A stretch of 30,724 nt of DNA from Bacteroidota bacterium (GCA_947460565.1 CANHJJ010000001.1:1-30724), one strand, 5' to 3'; positions 17,186 to 27,012 are shown, counted from the stretch's first letter. A program made the numbers and translations. Notes: a model not told the origin generated them from the letters alone.

Positions 17186-19084
17186 TTACAGAACAATCTT
17201 AAATTCAGTCCTACGATTCAATTTTTTTCCTGCCTCTGTTTTATTATCTGCAATAGGCTGCGTATCAGCATAACCCTTGAAAGATAACCTTGCAGGCAAG
17301 ATACCTTTAAACACTAAATAATCATAAACAGCTTTGGCTCTATTATTTGATAAGACCTCATTCTTTTTCTTATCACCTACATTATCTGTATGTCCACCCA
17401 CCTCAATCCTAATTCTCGGGTTTGCATTAATAAATTCAATTAGTTTTTCAATTTCTATTTTAGACTCATCTTTCAATATAAATTTATCTGTATCAAAAAA
17501 TATGTTTTTTAGGACAACCTTTTCGCCTGTCGCAATTTGACGTAAACCAATATTTAATGTCAACGGGTCGGAAGCATCTTGATTTTTTAGGCTAAAATTT
17601 TCGGAGTGAAATAGATAACCGTTTGAACTTACATTCATGGCATAATCTCTATTGCCTTGTAAACAAACCAAGAAGCCGCCAGTTAATTTATTAGAATAAG
17701 CTTCGACAACTTGTTTTCCAGTTGACAGATCAATCAACTCAATTTTGGCCACCAACTTCTTTAATGTTTTAGCATCAAAAACTATCCCTTTAATATAACC
17801 CGTTTTCTTAGGACGTAAATTTTCTGGTACTTCAAAACCATAAATATCCAAGCCTCCAAATCCACCTTCTTTTTCAGCAACATAATATGCATACTCACCA
17901 CTAGCGGAAAGAGTTATACATGTTTCATCTTTATTCGTATTAATAGGATAGCCTAAATTGACAGCCTTTTGCCATTTACCATCAAGTGTTTTACGTGCAA
18001 TAAACAAATCAATACCACCCATACCAGCATGTCCATCACTATTAAAATATAAGGTTTGGTCATCTTTTGAAATAAATGGGGATTGCTCATCACCTTCAGT
18101 ATTAATCTCAGGCCCCAGATTTAAGGGAGCTGACCATTTTCCATTGCTATAGCTAGTTTTCCAAATATCGGTTTTACCAAATCCTCCTGGACGCCCACTA
18201 CTGAAATAAATTGTTTTACCATCATAGGATAAGCTAGGTTGGGACTCCCAAGTTCTGCCATTTATCGGTGCACCAAGATTTATTGGATTTGACCATTGAG
18301 TACCGTCAAGTTTTGATAATAAAATATCACAACTGCCATTATCTACCCTCCTATTACAGGCCGTATAGAAAATATATTGTCCATCGGGTGACATTGAAAC
18401 AGTGCCTTCATTTTGTTCAGTATTAATAGGCTCCCCAAGATTCTTAGCTGCTCCCCATCCAGATTCGTTTTTTTGACTAATAAAGAAATCTTCATTACTA
18501 TTTCCAACTAAACGAGTAAATATAAGGGTTTGACCATCGGCTGTAACACCAGGCCAATACTCATTTTCAAAAGAATTGACACCTGGCCCTAAGTTATTTG
18601 GTTTAAAGTCCACAGGATATTTGATGGCCTCTTTACCAAATTCAGCAATTTTTCTAATTTTTTCTGCACTATTTTTCTTCCCAAAATAATCTTGATAGGT
18701 ATTAAAGTGAGTAATATTTTCAAATGACAATTGATAATTTGATAATTCAATGGCATCCTTTGCTATTCCATAATATGAAAGTGGAAAATTGGGATTAAGT
18801 CCTATTATTTTTTCATATAATCTTATTGACTCTTCAAACTTTTCATTCTTACCTTTAATATCAGCAAGAAGCATCCAAGCATCAATAAAATTTGGGTCCT
18901 CTTTCACAGATTTATTTAATAACTCAGCTGCTGTATAATAATCCATAGCCGAATATTTTATTAAAGCATCACCAAATAACTTATCAGCTTTTTTAATTTT
19001 CGTTCCTGAAAATGGGAGTTGGGCTGAAGTCAATATAGAAATAAATAACAAAAACGTTATGAAAAAAGTTTGTTTAAACAACAT
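17186..19084 (-). CDS. TPR + PD40/WD40 propeller + carboxypeptidase-regulatory-like + OmpA C-terminal protein (PorE-like architecture)
   Basis: N-terminal TPR-like helices; repeated N-x-G-x-x-I-N-(S/T)...P-x-(V/L/I)-S/T-x-D-G-x-x-L/I-x-F units with GGxG-x-x-D; GYIKGIVFDA domain; OmpA motif GHTDNVG...NEVLSNNRAKAV...NRRTEF. Confidence 0.9.
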   Translation of the reverse strand: MLFKQTFFITFLLFISILTSAQLPFSGTKIKKADKLFGDALIKYSAMDYYTAAELLNKSVKEDPNFIDAWMLLADIKGKNEKFEESIRLYEKIIGLNPNFPLSYYGIAKDAIELSNYQLSFENITHFNTYQDYFGKKNSAEKIRKIAEFGKEAIKYPVDFKPNNLGPGVNSFENEYWPGVTADGQTLIFTRLVGNSNEDFFISQKNESGWGAAKNLGEPINTEQNEGTVSMSPDGQYIFYTACNRRVDNGSCDILLSKLDGTQWSNPINLGAPINGRTWESQPSLSYDGKTIYFSSGRPGGFGKTDIWKTSYSNGKWSAPLNLGPEINTEGDEQSPFISKDDQTLYFNSDGHAGMGGIDLFIARKTLDGKWQKAVNLGYPINTNKDETCITLSASGEYAYYVAEKEGGFGGLDIYGFEVPENLRPKKTGYIKGIVFDAKTLKKLVAKIELIDLSTGKQVVEAYSNKLTGGFLVCLQGNRDYAMNVSSNGYLFHSENFSLKNQDASDPLTLNIGLRQIATGEKVVLKNIFFDTDKFILKDESKIEIEKLIEFINANPRIRIEVGGHTDNVGDKKKNEVLSNNRAKAVYDYLVFKGILPARLSFKGYADTQPIADNKTEAGKKLNRRTEFKIVL

Positions 19085-19103
19085 AGTAAGTATGTAACGA
19101 AAT

Positions 19104-19601
19104 TTAAATTAATTTAGCATGAGAAGGAAAGTCAACATACAATAGATTTCCCGACAATTGCTTAACAATCTTCCAAGTTTTGACATCAAATTGAATTTGA
19201 GCACAGCCCGAAGTGGGCAGGTGTTCTATAAAATTTGGCGTGAGGTATCCAATAAGACCCGTAACAGTTGGATTATGGCCAACAATAATTACTTTATTAA
19301 TAGCGTCATCCAATTCTCTAATAATATATAATAGGTCGCCAACATTAGCAGTATAAATATGAGCAATCAATTCAATGTTTTTCTCATCATAACTGAAATG
19401 TTCAGCAATAATTTTAGCAGTTTTATGTGTTCGTTTTGCTGGACTTGAAATAATTAAATCAGGCTTAAACCCTTTCTTAGAGAGCCTATTGGACATTTCA
19501 ATAGCATCAGCCTTCCCTCTATCTGTTAAACCCCTATCAAAGTCCTGAACCAAATCGTTTTTTTCGGCTTTGGCATGTCTAAAAATAACCAAAGTTTTCA
19601 T
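19104..19601 (-). CDS. sixA: Phosphohistidine phosphatase SixA (histidine phosphatase superfamily)
   Basis: IFRHAKA, DFDRGLTDRG, SSPAKRT and VGHNPT motifs. Confidence 0.88.
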   Translation of the reverse strand: MKTLVIFRHAKAEKNDLVQDFDRGLTDRGKADAIEMSNRLSKKGFKPDLIISSPAKRTHKTAKIIAEHFSYDEKNIELIAHIYTANVGDLLYIIRELDDAINKVIIVGHNPTVTGLIGYLTPNFIEHLPTSGCAQIQFDVKTWKIVKQLSGNLLYVDFPSHAKLI

Positions 19602-20095
19602 TAATTAGCGCTTTCAGAACTTACTGATTTTGAACGAACCCTCTTATGTCTTTTATGCTTACTTTTAGAATTTCCAGCAACTTCTGCAGAATTCGTATCG
19701 TATGAATCAAAGCCTTTAACTCCAAGCAATACCCAACCTAAAATGAATCCAGTTCCGCCAAGAGGAGTTAATGCACCTAACCATTTATATTCATCACCAA
19801 TTGCAATAGAGAAAAAGACTAAAAGATATAGAGTACCACTAAAAATCAATATACTAAATATGAACAGAGGTAGAATGTATAGTAGGTACTTTTCATTTAA
19901 CCTACGATGACTTAAAGCAAGAAAGGCTATTGCAATACCATGTATAAATTGGTACATAACTGCAGTTTCGAAAATATCTAAATAATATTGTGTTACATGA
20001 TCTTCAATCAAATGCTTACCCATTGCACCTAAAGCAACGCTTAAAGCACATATGTAAAATCCCATTTTTGCGTAGTTTCTAGATTTTAATTCCAT
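19601..20095 (-). CDS. DUF423 (YgdD/TMEM256-like) membrane protein with basic C-terminal tail
   Basis: VALGAMGKH, FETAVMYQFIHG, IFSGTLY and GALTPLGG motifs; TAATG overlap with sixA. Confidence 0.88.
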   Translation of the reverse strand: MELKSRNYAKMGFYICALSVALGAMGKHLIEDHVTQYYLDIFETAVMYQFIHGIAIAFLALSHRRLNEKYLLYILPLFIFSILIFSGTLYLLVFFSIAIGDEYKWLGALTPLGGTGFILGWVLLGVKGFDSYDTNSAEVAGNSKSKHKRHKRVRSKSVSSESAN

Positions 20096-20219
20096 ATAAT
20101 TAATAAAAGTAAGTGTATAAAGAAGTTTAAATTGAAGTCGAATTAAGGTTTACTTGTGAACAATTGCAAATAAATTATTTGAATCGCTACTATTATTTTT
20201 ACAATGTAATTTAATAAAG

Positions 20220-22961
20220 ATGAATCAAAAGTTATTTATTGGCCTGATTTCAAGTTTCATAGTAGTTTTGCTCCTATTCATATATTTCTTTTTTTTCAAT
20301 GTAAGCAACAATAACCCTCATGCCATAGATGTTGTACCAAACAATGCTAGTTTCATTTTAGAAACTAAAAATTTTGAATCTACCATCCAATCAATTAGGT
20401 CAAAAAAATTCTTCAACCAAATAAATAAAGCGACCAAATTAAATGAACTAACAGAAAACATACTTAGCATTGATAGTCTATTAAATATCGACAAAAATTT
20501 CAATGAATGGAAACAAAGTAAAAGAACTACATTATCAATTCATACAGATAAAAGCAATAATACCCATATATTTATTGCTATTGAAATTGAGGAAAACCCA
20601 AATGTTATTGAAACATTTAAATGGTTAACTGACAACTATAGAAATCGATTTAAAATCACTAAAAGGCTATATAATAAAGAAATTATTTATGATTTTATTG
20701 ACTTCAAAGGCTCAAGTAATTTTAGTATTGCCATAAAAAAAGGCATACTCATGTTTGCATTTGAAGGCTCTCTTATTGAAGGTGCACTGATTAAATGTAA
20801 GTATTATAACAGTTATGCCAATACTGGATTAAAGAGTTTAAATTTCGTAAAATCACTTACGAGCGATTTCAATATATATATTAATTATAAAAATATAGAA
20901 TCATTTTTTAATAGCTTCACAAATGAGTCAAATTCTCGGATATTTTCTTTTATGCCTTCTGTTGCAAATTGGTCAGGTGGTGATTTGCAATTGAAAGAAA
21001 ACAACTTACTGGTATCTGGAGCAAGTATAACTGACGATTCGCTTTTTCAATTTTTGGACATATTTTCAAATCAAATTCCTTTTTCGCAATCCATTACAGA
21101 TAATCTTCCTTTAAGCACAAATTTTTATCTAATACAGAATGTTTCCAACATTGTCAACTACCAAAAAAATTTAATTGAATACCTTGGGTCAAATAAAAGT
21201 TTAAAAGAATATAAGATATATAATGACAGCATTGAGGAAAACTTGAATATCAAATTTAATGAATCTTTTGTACCAAGCCTTGGCAATAATTACTTAATTG
21301 CTAATCTTAGTGCAAACGGTTTGAGCACTGATAGTTCGTGGATAGGTATTTTTGCTCCTCAAAATTTGAATGAATTTATCAATTCAGCTAAATTTATTGA
21401 ATTAAAAATAAAAGCAAGTTCAAATGACACACTTGATTCTACTAAACAAAATTCAAGTAAGTTCAATTTCCTACCCATTGGAAATGCCTTGAAATATTAT
21501 TGTTCGGGATTTGAAAAACTTACTATCAATTACTATTGTATTAGCAATGGATTGGTGTTGGTTGCTTCTAACATACAATTGCTGCAACACACTCTTGATA
21601 AGATGAATGAAAACAGCACTTTGCAATCACTTGAATCATATAAGGAAGCAAAATCTACCTTATCTTCTCAGAAATCTGTTGAATTGATGTTACTAAATAA
21701 AAATGCCGTTAATTTGGTTAACACCTTTGGTAATTCAACCATAATAAGTTCGGTAAGTATAAATAAAGGTTATTACCAAAAAGCCGAAATCTTTGCTGCA
21801 CAATTTGCCTCACAAGGTGAAAAAACATTTTCAACGCAGTTATTGTTGCAGTTCAATAATGCAGAAACAAATTCAACTGAACTTTTATGGGAAGCGAATA
21901 TTGATACTTGCATCATTAGCAAACCTTATTTTGTAAACAACTCAAACACAAGTGAGCAAGTCATTTTGGTTCAAGATGCCAAATTCAACCTATACTGTTT
22001 TGACAAAGAAGGAAAACAATTGTGGAAAGAAAAACTAAATTCAGCTATCATCAGTGAAATTCATCAATTGGATATCTTTAAAAATGGTACTACAGAATAT
22101 TTATTCAATACAAATAATCAATTATTTTTGATAGATGCAAATGGAAAAAACATTCAAAACTTTCCTATATGGATACCGGCAGCTACCAACTACCCTATCA
22201 GTGTTTTTGACTATTTATCAGATCATACTTATCAAATATTTGTTACTGGTAAATATTATAAGATTTGGCAATACGATTGCAAAGGGATGCTGCATGCAGG
22301 CTTCAATCCTAAAGTAATATGGCCAAATGCCATTCAACCCATAAGGGGATTTTCATTAGCTAAAGAAAACATCATTTATAGTCTAAACGAAAATGGAAAA
22401 ATTGATTTTTATCTATCAAACGGTAAAAAATCAACCAATGTAAAACTCGATAGTACCCTAACATATAAATATATTAATCATAAACAAATAGATACTGGAA
22501 CCGTTAGATTTTATTGCCTTGATTCCACTAATAAACTAATTGTACAAGATGTGTTTTCGAATGGTAGTATTAAACAAATTTCGGAATACCTAATAAAAAG
22601 TAATATAGCATTTAAAATACTAAACAATAAAAATTCAAATGATGTGAATTATTTTATTAGAACAAATAACTCCTATGAATTTTACAATCAAAAAATGGTA
22701 TTAGGTTTTAGTTATAACTGGTCAGACAGCACAATGGATAATCAACCTGAAATCGTATATTTAGATGGAAGGATGTCTATTGCTTATTTATCACAAAATA
22801 ATTGTGAGTTGAATATAAGTGACAGCGAAGGTAAGCCCTATTCCATGTTTAAATTCAAAGGATGTAAAGAATTTGGATTTGGTAATTTGTACAGTGATGC
22901 TGATATGTATTTGGCTTTAGGTAGTAAAGAAAATAAGATTTTTGTATATAAAGTCAAATAA
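20220..22961 (+). CDS. Large membrane-anchored periplasmic protein (DUF3352-like N-terminus, beta-propeller-like C-terminus)
   Basis: 913 aa; single N-terminal TM, AIDVVPNNASFI, C-terminal repeats (VQDAKFNLYCFDKEGKQLW, QLDIFKNG, FLIDANGKNIQNFP). Family assignment from recall. Confidence 0.7.
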   Translation: MNQKLFIGLISSFIVVLLLFIYFFFFNVSNNNPHAIDVVPNNASFILETKNFESTIQSIRSKKFFNQINKATKLNELTENILSIDSLLNIDKNFNEWKQSKRTTLSIHTDKSNNTHIFIAIEIEENPNVIETFKWLTDNYRNRFKITKRLYNKEIIYDFIDFKGSSNFSIAIKKGILMFAFEGSLIEGALIKCKYYNSYANTGLKSLNFVKSLTSDFNIYINYKNIESFFNSFTNESNSRIFSFMPSVANWSGGDLQLKENNLLVSGASITDDSLFQFLDIFSNQIPFSQSITDNLPLSTNFYLIQNVSNIVNYQKNLIEYLGSNKSLKEYKIYNDSIEENLNIKFNESFVPSLGNNYLIANLSANGLSTDSSWIGIFAPQNLNEFINSAKFIELKIKASSNDTLDSTKQNSSKFNFLPIGNALKYYCSGFEKLTINYYCISNGLVLVASNIQLLQHTLDKMNENSTLQSLESYKEAKSTLSSQKSVELMLLNKNAVNLVNTFGNSTIISSVSINKGYYQKAEIFAAQFASQGEKTFSTQLLLQFNNAETNSTELLWEANIDTCIISKPYFVNNSNTSEQVILVQDAKFNLYCFDKEGKQLWKEKLNSAIISEIHQLDIFKNGTTEYLFNTNNQLFLIDANGKNIQNFPIWIPAATNYPISVFDYLSDHTYQIFVTGKYYKIWQYDCKGMLHAGFNPKVIWPNAIQPIRGFSLAKENIIYSLNENGKIDFYLSNGKKSTNVKLDSTLTYKYINHKQIDTGTVRFYCLDSTNKLIVQDVFSNGSIKQISEYLIKSNIAFKILNNKNSNDVNYFIRTNNSYEFYNQKMVLGFSYNWSDSTMDNQPEIVYLDGRMSIAYLSQNNCELNISDSEGKPYSMFKFKGCKEFGFGNLYSDADMYLALGSKENKIFVYKVK

Positions 22962-22969
22962 ATACTGTA

Positions 22970-23929
22970 TTGAAGAATAAGCTATTTACATTTTTTCAAT
23001 ATCTATTATTACTATCAATTGGGGCTTGGCTTCTTTATTTGAGTTTGCATAAACTCGATTTCAGAGAGGTTATGGAGACCATATGTCGTGGGAACTTCCT
23101 TAAAGTAATACCCGTGCTTTTTATTTCCATCATCGTTTATTTTTTCAGGGTATTAAGGTGGGAATTACTTTTTCGTCAAATCAATCAAGACATCCCAAAA
23201 TCAAACCTAAGCATAGCCTTGTGTATTGGATATTTAGTAAATTTTGCCATACCAAGGTTAGGTGAAGTAACTCGCTGTGCGATATTAAAAAAGTTGAATA
23301 CAACCCCCATCAACCAAAGTTTGACCACTGTAATATTTGAGCGCACAATAGATGTTATTACCCTTTTGCTAATATCTGTTTTGGCAATTATTTTAGAGTA
23401 TGCCAATCACTCTTCCATTCTGAAATCTTTTATCAGCTATGATTTGATTCCTACAAATCAAGTTATAAGTTTAGCAATTGCTTTTGTTACTTTAATTGTT
23501 ATCGTTGTATATTTGATTTATAAGACAGAAAACAAGTTTAAAAATTGGCTACAAGGTTTTTGGATTTCCATAAAAATGCTTGCAAAAATCAAAAGTATTT
23601 TTCTTTTCTCTATCTATACCATTTGTATCTGGATTTGCTATTTCCTAATGACTTATCTATGGTTTTTCACATTCGCAGAATCATCAAATTTGAGCTATTA
23701 TATGGCTTTTCAGATAATGATTGTAGGCTCCTTTGTTAGGTCTATACCCTTACAAGCAGGGTCAGCTGGAGCCTATCATTATGGAGTTTCACAGGCATTT
23801 ATTTTACTAGGTATTTCAAGCATAACAGCAAATGCATTGGCCATAATCATTCATGGTTTTCAAACTATTTTTACATTTATTATTGGCAGTTTAGCCTACA
23901 TGGCTTTTGTTTACAAAAGCAAAACTTAA
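22970..23929 (+). CDS. Lysylphosphatidylglycerol synthase TM / UPF0104 flippase-like membrane protein
   Basis: RVLRW, GYLVNFAIPRLGEVTRC, FERTID and GSAGAYHY motifs; multi-TM; TTG start 8 nt after the previous stop. Confidence 0.88.
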   Translation: MKNKLFTFFQYLLLLSIGAWLLYLSLHKLDFREVMETICRGNFLKVIPVLFISIIVYFFRVLRWELLFRQINQDIPKSNLSIALCIGYLVNFAIPRLGEVTRCAILKKLNTTPINQSLTTVIFERTIDVITLLLISVLAIILEYANHSSILKSFISYDLIPTNQVISLAIAFVTLIVIVVYLIYKTENKFKNWLQGFWISIKMLAKIKSIFLFSIYTICIWICYFLMTYLWFFTFAESSNLSYYMAFQIMIVGSFVRSIPLQAGSAGAYHYGVSQAFILLGISSITANALAIIIHGFQTIFTFIIGSLAYMAFVYKSKT

Positions 23930-23950
23930 ATTCGTTTTTCAAACATCATT

Positions 23951-25126
23951 ATGAAAAAACTACTAATCCTATTTCTTGTATTATCATTTTATGCCCCAGC
24001 ACAAAATTTTCCAAAATTCGGAGTTGATTCACTTTTAGAAATAGGTACTTGGAATACTGAATGGTTTGGCGATACTGCGAATGGCCCAAGCGATGAAATA
24101 ACTCAATTCAACAACATAGTTAAACTAATCAAAGCTGCGGATATTGATATTTGGAGTTTGGAGGAGATTTCTAATCAACAAACATTTGAAAGCATGATGA
24201 GTCAATTAAGTTCTTACAGTTCCTCTATTTCTACTTTTAGCCAAACTCAAAAAATGGCTATTTTATGGAAAAACACCTTGTTTGATAAACTAAAAGTAGA
24301 GCATATACTTACATCATACAATTATGATTTTGCAGGAAGACTCCCACTAATGACAACATTAAAATATAAAAAAGATGACCTTGATACATTGTATGTTATT
24401 TCGGTGCATATGAAAGCAAATACAGGTACAATAAGTCAAAAGCAAGATGCTTATCAAAGAAGAAAGAATGCTGCAAATTTCCTTCAATTATATATTGAAT
24501 CAGTACTTAAAGATAAAAAATATATTGTATTAGGAGATTGGAATGACAGGCTTGATTTTACTATATATGATGGGGCTTCAGCCTCGCCATTCAAAGGCCT
24601 TATGGATGCCAATTACTTTTTTCCTACTAAAACTTTGGCTGATAAAGGAAGAAAAACATATTATACCGGGAGCGTAATCGACCATATTATGGTAAGTGAC
24701 AGTTTAAATAAGCACTATATTGACGGAAGTATCAATGTATTTGATAATGCAAACGCATATTTATCTGGTTTTAGTAATTCCACTAGTGATCATTACCCTT
24801 TATTTGCTTCTTATAAATTCTTCAATCAAAAAGCGATACAAAGAGATACAGCAAAGGTTTCAATAATTGAATTAAAGCCAATTTCATTTGATATTTATCC
24901 TAATCCAATCTCAGATAAAATGAGTTTAGTTAATCATTTAGATGTACCTGTTCAGATAGTTATTTACAATTTAGCTGGGCAGAAAATAATTACTGACTTT
25001 ATAAGAGAAAATGAGGTAAAATCAATAAATACAGCTGAGTTGAACAATGGGCTATTCTTAATAAAAATTTCAGATACTAATTCTCAAGAAATCTTCGAAA
25101 TCAAGAGACTTGTAATTGCTAAATAG
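23951..25126 (+). CDS. Endonuclease/exonuclease/phosphatase (EEP) family protein with T9SS type A sorting domain
   Basis: Signal peptide; WNTEWF, LEEI, VHMK, GDWND, IDHI and SDHYP catalytic motifs; CTD DIYPNP...IYNLAGQ...LNNGLFLIKI...KRLVIAK. Confidence 0.9.
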   Translation: MKKLLILFLVLSFYAPAQNFPKFGVDSLLEIGTWNTEWFGDTANGPSDEITQFNNIVKLIKAADIDIWSLEEISNQQTFESMMSQLSSYSSSISTFSQTQKMAILWKNTLFDKLKVEHILTSYNYDFAGRLPLMTTLKYKKDDLDTLYVISVHMKANTGTISQKQDAYQRRKNAANFLQLYIESVLKDKKYIVLGDWNDRLDFTIYDGASASPFKGLMDANYFFPTKTLADKGRKTYYTGSVIDHIMVSDSLNKHYIDGSINVFDNANAYLSGFSNSTSDHYPLFASYKFFNQKAIQRDTAKVSIIELKPISFDIYPNPISDKMSLVNHLDVPVQIVIYNLAGQKIITDFIRENEVKSINTAELNNGLFLIKISDTNSQEIFEIKRLVIAK

Positions 25127-25154
25127 CAATTACAAGTCTATAAATAATATGAAC

Positions 25155-25183
25155 AAAAAAAGGCTGCCTTACGGGCAGCCTTT
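25155..25183 (-). terminator. Intrinsic terminator of the TPR lipoprotein gene (possibly bidirectional)
   Basis: Minus strand reads GGCTGCCC-GTAA-GGCAGCC followed by T7: a GC-rich stem with a GNRA-type loop, lying between two convergent genes. Confidence 0.88.
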
Positions 25184-25207
25184 AGGTTAATTTCTAATTC
25201 CTATTAA

Positions 25208-26935
25208 CTATCTAATAGCACCTTCAAATAATGGATTGCTAAAGAATTTAATAAACTCAACATCATCTTTAGCCATTTTACGAATTTCGCCATTCATACT
25301 AACAGCACGAGCCAAATTAGTAGTTAATACATCTTGGTTGTTCATACGTGCGCCACAAACAGCTCTTAAATAATAGTGGCTTGCATCCAATTGATCAGGA
25401 TTCATAGCATCAATCATATTTTTAGCACCTGTTGCATCACCATTTAACAATTTAGCCAAAGCCGCGTTGAAATCATCCTTACCAGATTTGTTAAACAAAC
25501 TTACCGCTTCTGTATAGTTACCTTTTTTGATTGCAATGCAAGCTAAATTGTAGCTAACATCTGCACCTTTTGAAGAAGCTGATTTAAACATTTTCTCAGC
25601 TTCAGCCACATTTCCTTTAGCATTGGCTAAAACACCCATATTAGCTAAAACTGCAGCATTATCAGCACTTAAAGCATTGGCTTTACTCAAATTAGATTCT
25701 GCATCTATTAAGTTGTTTAGCTTTAATTGAATAGCTCCTAAATCATTAAAACCTCTCCAGTCACCAGCATTGGCAGCAGTGAAGGCTTTCAACACCTCTT
25801 CTTTTTTAGCTAAATCAGCAGTGATTACTGCTAAATGGAATAACTCAATAGAGGTTAACGCTGAATAGTTACCATAGTATGTCATTAATTGCTCATCTGT
25901 TTTTGTAGGCGAAGCACCTTTTATTACCAATTCGCTTCTACGTAATTGAGGAAGAACAGATTTAGTTGCTTTTTCCCAACTTGCTCCATGGTTTCTGCGG
26001 ATCAGGCTTTCGCGCTCTTCATCAGAGATTGATTTATTATTTACAATATTTAATATTTCAGTTTTATCAGAAAGATCACTCTTTTCTATCATGGTAGCAA
26101 AACCAGCCCAATCTTCAGATGTGCTGTATCCGCGAGAGAATGTAGTATCGTTTACTTCGGTAAAGCCTAATTTTTTCAACTCTTTTTTGAAAAATTTATA
26201 GGTTGACTCTTCACGACCTTTTGACAAGTTGCTGTTTCTGCTCAACTCACCATCCGGAGATGCAAAAGCATTGATAGCAATACCACGAGCTACGAAGTTT
26301 TTGTCTGTTTTTAACAAAGTTTTCAAGTCAGCAATTTGTTTTTTGTTGCTTGTAGCTTTATTCACTTTATAGTTTGGATTGAATTTATCTACATCCATTG
26401 GAAAGTAAATGCTAACAGATTTATTATTCTCTATTGCTTTATAATCGTCTTTGTTGATAACTACATTATTATCATCTTTAATTAAATAAGCAGTAGCAAT
26501 GGTTCCTTCAGCTAAAGGCTTAGCATCAAAAGGAACAGCCACACCATTAACTGTGAATCGAGGCATCAAACTTGCATGTTTCATATCGGCTTTGTAGGCG
26601 AAATTATCATTGTAAGAAACGGTTCCACCTAATTTAGTATCAACAGTAGCATCAGCGTTTGCTTTTGCTTTCATACCTTTTACCGTCATTTCTTTCAACG
26701 GAATTTCAGCTCCTGTTGAAGTTTTCAAGTATGGAGAAAATTTCACAACCACTTTTGAGTTTATTGATTTTGGCGGAACGGTTGCAGTAATGGTAACTGA
26801 AACCATATCACCTTTAGCTTCTAATGGGTTTGGGGTAACCGAGTAACTGTTTTTTGTAAAATTAGTAGGGCTGCTGCATGCTGCTATTAAGCTTAAAGCA
26901 GACAAACCACATACAATTTGTTTAATACCTCTCAT
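25208..26935 (-). CDS. Lipoprotein with OmpA-like peptidoglycan-binding motif and C-terminal TPR repeats
   Basis: Lipobox LIAAC (C20); AFASPDGELSRNSNLSKGR resembles the OmpA-C D...N..LS..R motif; Ala-rich TPRs (DWRGFNDLGA, AAVLANMG, SYNLA, YYLRAVCGAR). Confidence 0.85.
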   Translation of the reverse strand: MRGIKQIVCGLSALSLIAACSSPTNFTKNSYSVTPNPLEAKGDMVSVTITATVPPKSINSKVVVKFSPYLKTSTGAEIPLKEMTVKGMKAKANADATVDTKLGGTVSYNDNFAYKADMKHASLMPRFTVNGVAVPFDAKPLAEGTIATAYLIKDDNNVVINKDDYKAIENNKSVSIYFPMDVDKFNPNYKVNKATSNKKQIADLKTLLKTDKNFVARGIAINAFASPDGELSRNSNLSKGREESTYKFFKKELKKLGFTEVNDTTFSRGYSTSEDWAGFATMIEKSDLSDKTEILNIVNNKSISDEERESLIRRNHGASWEKATKSVLPQLRRSELVIKGASPTKTDEQLMTYYGNYSALTSIELFHLAVITADLAKKEEVLKAFTAANAGDWRGFNDLGAIQLKLNNLIDAESNLSKANALSADNAAVLANMGVLANAKGNVAEAEKMFKSASSKGADVSYNLACIAIKKGNYTEAVSLFNKSGKDDFNAALAKLLNGDATGAKNMIDAMNPDQLDASHYYLRAVCGARMNNQDVLTTNLARAVSMNGEIRKMAKDDVEFIKFFSNPLFEGAIR

Positions 26936-27012
26936 AATAATTTATTAAGTTTTTATAAATTTGTGGCGCAAGTATAAGATATTTACAAAAAAAATCCTTA
27001 AATAATTACCAA

